Assembly: GCA_003697105.1 (NCBI GenBank)
Contig: RFFQ01000186.1
Coordinates: 1-51,145, forward strand
Length of the DNA stretch: 51,145 nucleotides
Origin: Gemmatimonadota bacterium
GTDB taxonomy: Bacteria > 4572-55 > J002
Reading direction: 5' to 3'
Every line of letters begins with the position of its first letter. Within the stretch, counting starts at the first letter, position 1. Position numbers and translations under genes: made by a program. The notes beneath the pieces are model-generated. The model saw only the letters and a program-made list of their open reading frames with translations, was not told where the DNA came from and did no database searches. Of this stretch, positions 22,518 to 31,005 are shown piece after piece.

Positions 22518-23498
22518 CTAAAGAAGCTGGTGATCGATATACCACCGGATTGTTTCTCGCAAGGTTTCGTCCCGATCTGAGGGTTGAAACCCTAATTCGT
22601 AGATTGCTTTTGCCGGACTGCAAATCCAGTATTTATAACTCATTTCCGTAACCTTTTGTGGGCGAAGCGGGAACGGTTTACCAGTCTGTTGTGTTAAAAA
22701 TTCGGAACCGATTGCCATTAATTTCATTAGTGGTATCGGTAATATCACCGGAATCACAATTGATTTGTGGAGTTCCTCCCGTACTAGCCGGGCGAATTGT
22801 TGCCAACTTAACCCGTCAGGATGGCACAGAAAGTAGGTCTGTCCACGTGCCACTTCTTTTGTAGCGGCGTCCCACAATCCCACCAGCAAATCATCGATAA
22901 AACAGACACTAAAAAATTTCTCCGTTAGCCCCATCAGAGGCATCAATCCGCGTTTAACCACCCGCGCATACTTGAGCATCTCAGGGTCATAGGGTCCATA
23001 AACCGCCGGAGGCCGTACGATCGTGACCGGTAATTGATTCAAGTAATGATGGACAGCCTGTTCACCCTGCCACTTACTATAACCATAATGGGAAATTGGT
23101 TTGGGGTCATCTGTTTCGGTGACGGGAACGGCACTTGAACTGCCACCTGCCGCTGCTTGACTACTGATATAGACGAACCGCTGCAGGTGCGGATTCTCTT
23201 CTAAACATGTCACGACGAGATTTTCTGTACCTTGAGCGTTTATCCGCTCGAACTCCGCTAACGTGATTGCACGAGTGACCGCCGCCGCATGAAATATGAT
23301 GTCTATTTGGCGTACGGCAGATCGTAAAGACTCCCGTTCGGTCACGTCCCCGTAATGATACCGGACCGGCAACCCTTGCAATCGAGTCCGATCACTGGAT
23401 TTGCGGACAAAACAGATGACCTCATGTCCTTGTTTGACCAACCAGGTTGCCAGATGACTACCGATAAAACCGTTCGCTCCTGTGATTAGAATCCGCAC
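22518..23498 (-). CDS. NAD-dependent epimerase/dehydratase (extended SDR)
   Basis: TGANGFIG, YGYSK (YxxxK), RPPAVYGP. Confidence 0.9.
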   Translation of the reverse strand: MRILITGANGFIGSHLATWLVKQGHEVICFVRKSSDRTRLQGLPVRYHYGDVTERESLRSAVRQIDIIFHAAAVTRAITLAEFERINAQGTENLVVTCLEENPHLQRFVYISSQAAAGGSSSAVPVTETDDPKPISHYGYSKWQGEQAVHHYLNQLPVTIVRPPAVYGPYDPEMLKYARVVKRGLMPLMGLTEKFFSVCFIDDLLVGLWDAATKEVARGQTYFLCHPDGLSWQQFARLVREELHKSIVIPVILPIPLMKLMAIGSEFLTQQTGKPFPLRPQKVTEMSYKYWICSPAKAIYELGFQPSDRDETLRETIRWYIDHQLL

Positions 23499-23598
23499 CG
23501 CACCACACCACTTTGGTTATCCATACCAAACATGAAAAAGATGAGCGCCGAATATACAACATCACTTTCTGACAGACAAGGTTTTTTCAGCACGAAAC

Positions 23599-24693
23599 TC
23601 ATTGCCCAGATTGAACGGTAAGGGAGGTAAGGTGTGCTACCAGTTGGGGGATGAATTTGCGATTCGCGGTGGGAAACGGGAAATCCGTGATCTGATCCAA
23701 CGTGACCCAACGAAAATCTACCGGAGAATGGAGGGTCACCTCCCCGGAACGGTAGGTGCATAAAAACACATCCAACTTAATGCGGAAATGGCTGTATGCA
23801 TGTTTAACGGTTGCCAAGTGGTGCTGGACATCCACAATAAGCTCTGTTTCTTCTTGAATTTCTCGCCGGCAAGCAGCTTCGGCAGTTTCACCTTTTTTAA
23901 CCTTTCCCCCGGGAAATTCCCACAACCCCCCTAGCAAACCATCCGGTTTGCGTTGGGTGATCAAAATTTTATCTGCTTTCTGAACCACACCAACGGCGAT
24001 ATGGTAGGTCGGTGTTCTTCGCAAAGGCTTACGTTTGGGGAACTCCATTTGCCGGGCAGATTGAGCCGCGGCACAATGCGCCCGTACCGGGCAAATCAGG
24101 CATTGCGGTGTTTGGGGGCGGCAGACCAACGCGCCGAGTTCCATCAGAGCTTGATTATGATTACCGGGACGGTGTGGATCGAGCAATCGATCTGCTTCAC
24201 GTTGAAAGTGCACTTTATGCTGGGAGTCGTTCGCCAGCGCCTCTAAGGTGAGCAACCGCGCTAATACCCGCTTGACATTACCATCAACAACGGCGTAAGG
24301 TTGATTAAACGCAATGCTTTGAACTGCTGCGGCAATGTAGTCGCCCACACCCGGTAACGTCCGGAACGTGGCATAATCTGCCGGAACATGCCCCCCGTAC
24401 TGCGTTACGACTATCTTTGCCGCTTTATGCAGATTGCGGGCGCGGGCATAATAGCCCATGCCTTCCCACTGCTTGAGCAAATCCGTTAAATCCGCCTGAG
24501 CGAGGGCTTCCACGGTTGGAAACCGTTCTAAAAACGAGGGGTAATATCTCAAAATAGTCGCCACTTGCGTCTGTTGGAGCATGACCTCTGAAACCCAGAT
24601 TTTATAGGGATCGGTGGTCTCCCGCCAAGGTAATTGTCGTTGCTCATGCGCGTACCATTGATGTAAATCCGTTTGAAATTGAAGAATATCCAT
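23599..24693 (-). CDS. mutY: A/G-specific adenine glycosylase MutY with a C-terminal MutT/Nudix domain
   Basis: SEVMLQQT, HhH LPGVG, VDGNVKRV, C-x6-C-x2-C-x5-C Fe-S motif, WEFPGGK Nudix box. Confidence 0.95.
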   Translation of the reverse strand: MDILQFQTDLHQWYAHEQRQLPWRETTDPYKIWVSEVMLQQTQVATILRYYPSFLERFPTVEALAQADLTDLLKQWEGMGYYARARNLHKAAKIVVTQYGGHVPADYATFRTLPGVGDYIAAAVQSIAFNQPYAVVDGNVKRVLARLLTLEALANDSQHKVHFQREADRLLDPHRPGNHNQALMELGALVCRPQTPQCLICPVRAHCAAAQSARQMEFPKRKPLRRTPTYHIAVGVVQKADKILITQRKPDGLLGGLWEFPGGKVKKGETAEAACRREIQEETELIVDVQHHLATVKHAYSHFRIKLDVFLCTYRSGEVTLHSPVDFRWVTLDQITDFPFPTANRKFIPQLVAHLTSLTVQSGQ

Positions 24694-24696
24694 ATA

Positions 24697-24720
24697 GAGT
24701 TTGATGAGTTTGTGAGTTTT
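24697..24720. repeat. Three GAGTTT-core tandem units just upstream of mutY
   Basis: GAGTTTGAT GAGTTTGT GAGTTTT. Confidence 0.7.
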
Positions 24721-25189
24721 ATCGTTTCAATGGTGGAGGCATCTCTTTCAGCCAGCCCACATCAAGCACACCCCATAATCCTACTAAAATCGCTTCTGCG
24801 GCATCATGACGGAGCGAGGTGGGGCGTGGCGCACCCGACCAATCGATAACTTTACGTGCCATTTCATCAGCGTGTCGCTTTGCCAGAACGGCACTACGTT
24901 GTTCACGCGGGTAGAAAAAATGTTTGCGCCAGACCTCCGCCGGCACTTGCCGTACATTCAGATGCCGTTTTTCTGCTTCTCGCACCCAAACTTCTGCTAA
25001 TGTGCCGCTTCCTTCCAACACCACCCAAACCATGTCGGGAATCTCTGCCAGAATAACGGGAACTCCCCGCCGTAATCGTGAGGATTTCCCAAAATTATGA
25101 GAGCGATACCAGATCAATTTTCCATCAAAACCATAAAGCGCCAAGCCGGTACGGACGCCCACATCCACTGCCAGGAGCGTATCTTTCAT
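24719..25189 (-). CDS. Hypothetical RNase H-fold (RuvC-like) protein
   Basis: LLAVDVGVRTGLA...VVLEG...HDAAEAILVG acidic pattern; ATGA overlap with mazG. Confidence 0.6.
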   Translation of the reverse strand: MKDTLLAVDVGVRTGLALYGFDGKLIWYRSHNFGKSSRLRRGVPVILAEIPDMVWVVLEGSGTLAEVWVREAEKRHLNVRQVPAEVWRKHFFYPREQRSAVLAKRHADEMARKVIDWSGAPRPTSLRHDAAEAILVGLWGVLDVGWLKEMPPPLKR

Positions 25190-25989
25190 GCGGATACCGT
25201 TTCCAGTTGTTTAGCGGCTTCCCAAATTTCATCCATTTCTTCTAAGGTTGCATTGTGCAGGTCTTCGCCGCGTTCGTGCAATATCTGTTCGATATAGTAA
25301 AAACGACGCATAAATTTATCTGTTGTACGGCGAAGGGAGTCCTCTGGGTCAATCTCTAAAAAGCGTGATATATTGACCAACGAAAATAGAATATCCCCGA
25401 TTTCTTCCCGAATTTTGTCCCGGTTTTCCGCGGTTAAGGCGGCTTTAAATTCGTCAATTTCCTCGTGTAATTTGCCAATCACAGGTTCGATTTCTTTCCA
25501 ATCAAACCCCACATGAGAAGCTTTATCTTGAATGCGTTGTGCCCGTAAGAGCGCTGGTAAATTTTTGGGGACACCATCCAAAATTGATTGGCGACCATCT
25601 TTCTTCTTTTCCGCTTTTTTGATTTGTTCCCAACTGGTGAGTACCTGTTCGGCGGTGTCCAACTTTTTCTCCCCGAACACATGGGGATGACGCCGCACCA
25701 TCTTCTCCGAAATGGCTTGAATTACATCATCAATTGTAAATCGATTTGCCTCGTGTGCCATTTGGGCGTGAAAAACTATCTGCAACAGTAAATCTCCGAG
25801 TTCTTCTTTCAAATGGGTGAAGTCATTGTGTTCGATGGCTTCAATCGCTTCATAAGCCTCTTCTAGCAGATACGGTGTAATGCTCTGGTGCGTTTGCTTG
25901 CGATCCCAAGGACAACCGTCCCGTCCTCGTAAACGGGACATGATTTCAACGAGTTCTTCAAATAAATTTCCAGTGGTTTGTGCTGCCAT
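25186..25989 (-). CDS. mazG: Nucleoside triphosphate pyrophosphohydrolase MazG
   Basis: GCPWDRKQT, EELGDLLLQIVFHA, RRHPHVF, second EEIGDILF. Confidence 0.95.
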   Translation of the reverse strand: MAAQTTGNLFEELVEIMSRLRGRDGCPWDRKQTHQSITPYLLEEAYEAIEAIEHNDFTHLKEELGDLLLQIVFHAQMAHEANRFTIDDVIQAISEKMVRRHPHVFGEKKLDTAEQVLTSWEQIKKAEKKKDGRQSILDGVPKNLPALLRAQRIQDKASHVGFDWKEIEPVIGKLHEEIDEFKAALTAENRDKIREEIGDILFSLVNISRFLEIDPEDSLRRTTDKFMRRFYYIEQILHERGEDLHNATLEEMDEIWEAAKQLETVSA

Positions 25990-26001
25990 GTTCCGCCTCA
26001 A

Positions 26002-26077
26002 GAGTTTTGTGAGTTTGTGAGTTTTACGAGTTTGTGAGTTTTACGAGTTTGTGAGTTTGATGAGTTTGGGAGTTTGG
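26002..26077. repeat. Nine 8-9 bp GAGTTT-core tandem repeats upstream of mazG
   Basis: GAGTTTTGT GAGTTTGT GAGTTTTAC GAGTTTGT GAGTTTTAC GAGTTTGT GAGTTTGAT GAGTTTGG GAGTTTGG. Confidence 0.9.
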
Positions 26078-26189
26078 GATGTATATTCCTCACTCATCAT
26101 TAAATAGTATTTTGCATTGCCAATAAAGCAAAAAACAACTGGAAAATAAAGAGTTTTATGTATATTGAAAAAGTCAAATTAAATTTTAG

Positions 26190-26218
26190 TTGACATCACT
26201 TATTGTATCATCTATTTT
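26190..26218 (+). promoter_or_regulatory. Putative sigma70 promoter for tRNA-Arg
   Basis: TTGACA-17 bp-TATTTT ending 11 bp before the tRNA. Confidence 0.65.
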
Positions 26219-26229
26219 CACAGCAACAC

Positions 26230-26306
26230 GCGCTCTTAGCTCAGTCGGATAGAGCAACAGCCTTCTAAGCTGTGGGTCGAAGGTTCGAATCCTTCAGGGC
26301 GCGCCA
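26230..26306 (+). tRNA. tRNA-Arg (anticodon TCT)
   Basis: GCGCTCT acceptor, CAGC-CTTCTAA-GCTG anticodon arm, GGTTCGAATCC, encoded CCA. Confidence 0.97.
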
Positions 26307-26331
26307 AGGATTTATTTTTTCGGTTGATAAG

Positions 26332-26374
26332 TAAAGCCGGTATGACGCAATCATACCGGCTTTATCGCTTTTTT
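26332..26374 (+). terminator. Intrinsic terminator after tRNA-Arg
   Basis: TAAAGCCGGTATGA / TCATACCGGCTTTA perfect stem, then a T-tract. Confidence 0.8.
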
Positions 26375-26699
26375 GTTATATCAAAAATAGTATTTGGTGT
26401 ACCTCCAGTCAAGCCTGTTCAGAACAAAAAACCGAAAGGTTTCAAACCATTTCAAGCATAATCCATGTTTGAGGCACCAGCCATTGGGGGCATTCCCACC
26501 CAAATGGCTCTTCTCTGAAAATCAAATTTGTTGTTCGTGGTCTGGTTTTGTGGGAAAATCCGCAGGGATGGCTGAGCGTTGCCGTTTGGTCGTGATTTTC
26601 TCTTGCGGTTTGGGCACAGGCGTATTATACTGGCACTGAATTTCTAACTGTCGGGTATATGCAAGCGTATTTTCACACCGAACAGAAAGCGAGGCAAGC

Positions 26700-27236
26700 A
26701 TGGAGTGCGAATTAACCGTTTTTGGTTTAGCGTTAGATAGCAACAACAGCCCCATTGTCTTGTTGAAAGAGCGTGATGGAGACCGGATTTTACCGATTTG
26801 GATCGGGCATTTTGAAGCCCATTCTATTGCGTGGGGGCTAGAAAATACACCGATGCATCGCCCCATGACGCATGACCTGATGCTGCAAATAGTGGAAGCA
26901 ATGGAAGCCCGAATCGAAAAGATTGTCGTACATGACCTGAAAGATAATACCTTCTTTGCCAAGATTCATCTCTGGTTTGAAAATAATACCATGGAAATTG
27001 ATGCACGACCGAGTGACTCCATTGCGCTAGCCGTGCGGTGCAAATGTCCGATTTATGCCCATGAAAAGGTGATGAAAGAATCCAGCATTGATAGTTCGGC
27101 GATTGAAGGGATTGTGCAACCGCTTTCCACCTCTGGAAAACCGCCTAAGGCGAGCGAAGAAACCCCACAAGTGGATATTAAGCGTTTTTTGCAAAATATC
27201 AAACCTGAGGATTTCGGTAATTACGACATCAAATAG
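26700..27236 (+). CDS. Bifunctional nuclease family protein (DUF151)
   Basis: LPIWIGHFEA, RPMTHDL, IDARPSDSIALA. Confidence 0.92.
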   Translation: MECELTVFGLALDSNNSPIVLLKERDGDRILPIWIGHFEAHSIAWGLENTPMHRPMTHDLMLQIVEAMEARIEKIVVHDLKDNTFFAKIHLWFENNTMEIDARPSDSIALAVRCKCPIYAHEKVMKESSIDSSAIEGIVQPLSTSGKPPKASEETPQVDIKRFLQNIKPEDFGNYDIK

Positions 27237-27249
27237 TAATAAGGGTTTT

Positions 27250-27780
27250 ATGCTGTATACATATCACGGCATCGCGCCTAAAATTGGTAAAAATGTGTAT
27301 CTTGCGCCCGGCAGTCATGTGCTGGGCGATGTGGTTTTGGGGGATGAGGTGAGCATCTGGTTCAATACGGTGGTTCGGGGGGATGTCCATTATATCCGTA
27401 TTGGCGCCCGCACCAATATTCAGGATAATTCGATGGTGCATGTGGAAAATGGGCGTTATCCCGCGATTATTGGAGCGGATGTGACGGTCGGGCATAATGC
27501 GGTGATTCATGGATGTACCATCGAAGATGTCTGTCTGATCGGCATGGGTGCGATCATCCTAAACAATGCCACTATCGGTACCGGTTCGATTGTTGCCGCC
27601 GGTGCGCTGGTTAAAGAACATCAAATTATCCCACCACGGAGTTTGGTGGCAGGTGTTCCAGCAACGATCAAACGCACTGTCACGGATAACGAATACCAAC
27701 GCATTCAAGCCTCCGCCAAAAAATATGTCGAGTACAAAACGATTTATATTCAACACGTGGAACCATTGCCGGGGTTGTAA
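27250..27780 (+). CDS. Gamma-carbonic anhydrase family (YrdA-like) hexapeptide-repeat protein
   Basis: VVRGDV, NIQDNSMVH, VGHNAVIHGC. Confidence 0.92.
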   Translation: MLYTYHGIAPKIGKNVYLAPGSHVLGDVVLGDEVSIWFNTVVRGDVHYIRIGARTNIQDNSMVHVENGRYPAIIGADVTVGHNAVIHGCTIEDVCLIGMGAIILNNATIGTGSIVAAGALVKEHQIIPPRSLVAGVPATIKRTVTDNEYQRIQASAKKYVEYKTIYIQHVEPLPGL

Positions 27781-29588
27781 TGAATCATAAACTTCTTTTT
27801 GTTCTGTCTCAAGTTGTGTTGCTGGGGGTACTGTTCAGTTGTACTTCAACGACCCCAACGCGCCCATCAGATATGCCAGACCGGCAGTATCTGGAAATGG
27901 AAGCGGAATTGGTTTTTGATGAAGCTCTTAAAAACTATCGGGAAAATCGGTTGCAACTGGCTATTGAGAATTTTGAAGACCTGATTCGTTCCTATCCGAA
28001 CAGCCGGAAACGCGCCGAATCCTACTATTTGATGGGAGATGCACAATACCGCCTCCGGCAATATCCCCAAGCGATCCATACCTTAAACACACTGATTACT
28101 ACTTATCCTCAGAATGAATTTTCGACGAAAGCACTGTTGCTGATCGCCCAAACCTATTTTTCCGGTGAGGATTACCTTCAAGCGGCGGCGTTTTCTATTC
28201 GTTTTCTAGACCGCGTTCAGGATAACCCCCTTGCTCAGGAAGCACACCAGTTGCTGGAAGAATTAGTCTATTCCTACTTAACGGTAGGTGAACTGGATCA
28301 GTTGGCGGAAACCTACCAGCAAGCCACGGTACGGGATAAACTGCTATATGTGTTAGCGCGCCGATATAGTCAAAAAAATGAGTTTTCCAAGGCGCGCCGT
28401 GTCTTGATTGATTTGTTACAACATTATCCAGATAGTGCCTATTATGTTGCTGCTCGAACGCTGTATGAACAAATTCGTATTTCTGGGGGATATGACCTCT
28501 CCGAAATTCGCCGGACAGAGCAAGATTCAAGTTATCATCGTCCCGTTTTGCCGGCAAAAGCCCTTTCTATCGGTTTGATTTGTCCACTGACTGGGCGTTA
28601 CGCGGTTTACGGGCAGGCGGTGCAAGCTGGAATCAAATTGGCTATAAAAAAATTTGAATCCCGCGAGGGTATTCAGATAAATTTGGTTACCCGAGATTCA
28701 CAAGCCGACCCCATTGTGGCGCTTCAAGCCGTCAATCAGTTGATCGAAGCCGAAGAAGTGGTCGCGATTTTAGGTCCGGTGATGAGTGATCCGACGGTTG
28801 TGGTTGCCGGTGTTGCTCAGGGACATCATATTCCACTGATCACGCCAACGGCAACCGACCGCGACATTAGTTCCATCGGCTCATATATTTTTCGGCTCAA
28901 TGCGACCACCGCCACGCAAGGGGTGGAAATGGCAGATTACGCGGTGAATGAGTTAGGATACCGTAAATTCGGCTTGCTGTATTCCACCAATCCCGGCGCG
29001 ATTCAACTGGCGCGGAGTTTTGAAAATCGAGTTTTACAATACGGCGGCTTTATTGTCTCGGATCAACAGTTTGTGGAGGGTACCACAGATTTTCGGGAGC
29101 AGATGGAAGCTCTCAAAGCCGCAGAACCGGAAGCGATTTATATCCCAGCGACGCCCGCCGAGGCTGTGTTAATCGCTCCCCAACTGGCATACCACCACAT
29201 TGATGCCCAGATTCTTGGTTCGGAGGGGTGGGGCGATGAGAGTGTGATCCGGCTCGGAGAACGATATGTGAATCATGCGATTTTCACGGCACAGTTTTAC
29301 AGTTCGACCGACTCTCCGGTGGGGACACAATTTCAGAGCACATTTCAATATGAGTATGGTTACAAACCAGACCGTACCGCCGCTTTAGGCTATGATGCTG
29401 TAAATCTGATTTTATCCTGTGTGGCTCAGGGAAATACAACTCCTACCGCCATTCAGCAATGCCTTGCCCGTACGCGTGATTATGAAGGGGCCTCTGGAAA
29501 AATCACCTTTCTGGAGAGTGGTGATGCCAAACGAGATGTGGTATTGTTGACTATCATTGATGGCAATTTTGTGGAGGTTCACGATTAA
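27780..29588 (+). CDS. Lipoprotein with TPR (BamD/CpoB-like) repeats and a periplasmic-binding (LppC/LpoA-like) domain; putative PBP activator
   Basis: Lipobox LFSC; YP-turn TPR repeats; IGLICPLTG...AILGP...ALGYDAV type I PBP fold. Confidence 0.75.
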   Translation: MNHKLLFVLSQVVLLGVLFSCTSTTPTRPSDMPDRQYLEMEAELVFDEALKNYRENRLQLAIENFEDLIRSYPNSRKRAESYYLMGDAQYRLRQYPQAIHTLNTLITTYPQNEFSTKALLLIAQTYFSGEDYLQAAAFSIRFLDRVQDNPLAQEAHQLLEELVYSYLTVGELDQLAETYQQATVRDKLLYVLARRYSQKNEFSKARRVLIDLLQHYPDSAYYVAARTLYEQIRISGGYDLSEIRRTEQDSSYHRPVLPAKALSIGLICPLTGRYAVYGQAVQAGIKLAIKKFESREGIQINLVTRDSQADPIVALQAVNQLIEAEEVVAILGPVMSDPTVVVAGVAQGHHIPLITPTATDRDISSIGSYIFRLNATTATQGVEMADYAVNELGYRKFGLLYSTNPGAIQLARSFENRVLQYGGFIVSDQQFVEGTTDFREQMEALKAAEPEAIYIPATPAEAVLIAPQLAYHHIDAQILGSEGWGDESVIRLGERYVNHAIFTAQFYSSTDSPVGTQFQSTFQYEYGYKPDRTAALGYDAVNLILSCVAQGNTTPTAIQQCLARTRDYEGASGKITFLESGDAKRDVVLLTIIDGNFVEVHD

Positions 29589-30438
29589 CGTTGGGATTGT
29601 TGGCGCAGGACGGGTGGGTTGTGCCCTTGCCGTTGCGCTAGGGCGATGTGGTTACCGGATTACAGGGATTTCCAGCCGGCGGCGGGCATCGGCTCAGATA
29701 TGTGCCGGATGCGTACCCGGTCAAGCCCCGCCCCCTGTTGTGGAGCTATCCGAACTACCGGTACTGGCAGAGACGATCTTTTTAGCCGTCCCAGATGACC
29801 AACTGCAGGCGGTTAGCCAATCATTGCAACCGGTGCTACAGCCGCACCATGTGCTGATTCATCTGAGTGGGGTATTGGGGGCGGCAGAGGTGATCGCGCA
29901 TCCAAATGCACTCTCCTTTCATCCCATCAAAAGTTTTTCGCGCCGGAAAACCCAAACCAATGAATTTGAGGGGATTTTTATCACCTTAGAAGGGACGCCA
30001 ACCGCGTTACCGGTGGGGAGGGCAATTGCCCAGCGCCTTGGTGCCAACGTTCTGTATGTGGATTCGGCGCAAAAAGCGGTGTACCATGCCGCTTTGTGTC
30101 TCGCATCCAATTATTTGGTGACCCTTTTTGACCTCGCACGGGGGTTGTGCCATACCAGTGGACTTCCAGAAGACGTTATACCCCAACTGCTTTTCACATT
30201 AATGAGTGGCACTCTGGAGAATTTGCAGCGCGACCCGGTGGAAAATGCCCTGACTGGCCCGATCGCCCGCGGAGATGTCCAAACAATACGTAAACATCTG
30301 GATGCGTTAGCCGCTACCACACCGGATCAATTGCCCATCTATAAAATGCTGGGACGTTACACGCTTGACATTGTCCGGCGTAAACAACAGGTATCTTTGG
30401 ATCGTCTTATTGCACTCACCGATTTATTGAAGGATTGA
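29560..30438 (+). CDS. Rossmann-like DUF2520 oxidoreductase (PanG-like); true start may be ATT at 29584
   Basis: GIVGAGRVG, LAVPDD, HLSG, FHP, YHAA, ALTGPIARGD. Confidence 0.85.
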   Translation: MAILWRFTINVGIVGAGRVGCALAVALGRCGYRITGISSRRRASAQICAGCVPGQAPPPVVELSELPVLAETIFLAVPDDQLQAVSQSLQPVLQPHHVLIHLSGVLGAAEVIAHPNALSFHPIKSFSRRKTQTNEFEGIFITLEGTPTALPVGRAIAQRLGANVLYVDSAQKAVYHAALCLASNYLVTLFDLARGLCHTSGLPEDVIPQLLFTLMSGTLENLQRDPVENALTGPIARGDVQTIRKHLDALAATTPDQLPIYKMLGRYTLDIVRRKQQVSLDRLIALTDLLKD

Positions 30439-30442
30439 TGTG

Positions 30443-30976
30443 ATGCCATATTTTATTGAAGGTGTCGAAGTCAAATTGGTCTTAGGTGATTTGACGGAAG
30501 CGGATGTCGAGGCTATTGTTAATTCAGAGTGTGACCAATTAACGATGGCGCGAGGGGTAAGCGGAGCAATTCGTATGCGTGGCGGTGAAACCATTTACCA
30601 AGCTCTTCAAGAGCATGGCAAGGGGACCGTCGGCGAGGCGATTTTAACGAGCGGTGGCGACTTAAACGCGCAACACGTGATACACGCCATTATCATGGAT
30701 ACGGATTTTACCACCGATATGATCAAAATCCGTGAATGTACCCAGAATTGTCTGAACTTAGCAAATGAACACCGGTATATTTCAATAGCGTTTCCGGCAT
30801 TTGGCACCGGTGTCGGGGATTATCCCCCGGATTTGTGCGCTCAAAACATGCTTAGCGAAATTCGGTCTGTTTTGCAAACACACCGTGAGGCAATCTCTAT
30901 TAAAGAAATTCGCTTTTATCTCCATAATCAAGCTGTGTACGACGCGTTTGAAGAAGAATTGAAAAAACAGTTGTAA
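30443..30976 (+). CDS. Macrodomain (ADP-ribose-binding) protein
   Basis: GDLT, EAIVN, GVSGAI, HVIHA, SIAFPAFGTG. Confidence 0.85.
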   Translation: MPYFIEGVEVKLVLGDLTEADVEAIVNSECDQLTMARGVSGAIRMRGGETIYQALQEHGKGTVGEAILTSGGDLNAQHVIHAIIMDTDFTTDMIKIRECTQNCLNLANEHRYISIAFPAFGTGVGDYPPDLCAQNMLSEIRSVLQTHREAISIKEIRFYLHNQAVYDAFEEELKKQL

Positions 30977-31005
30977 TTCACTATAAACGTAATGAAGGAG
31001 CTTTC

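Noticed and set aside
26230-26700. Island or prophage integrated at tRNA-Arg (or tRNA-Leu)
   Set aside because: No integrase, no duplicated tRNA 3' end noticed, and housekeeping genes follow.
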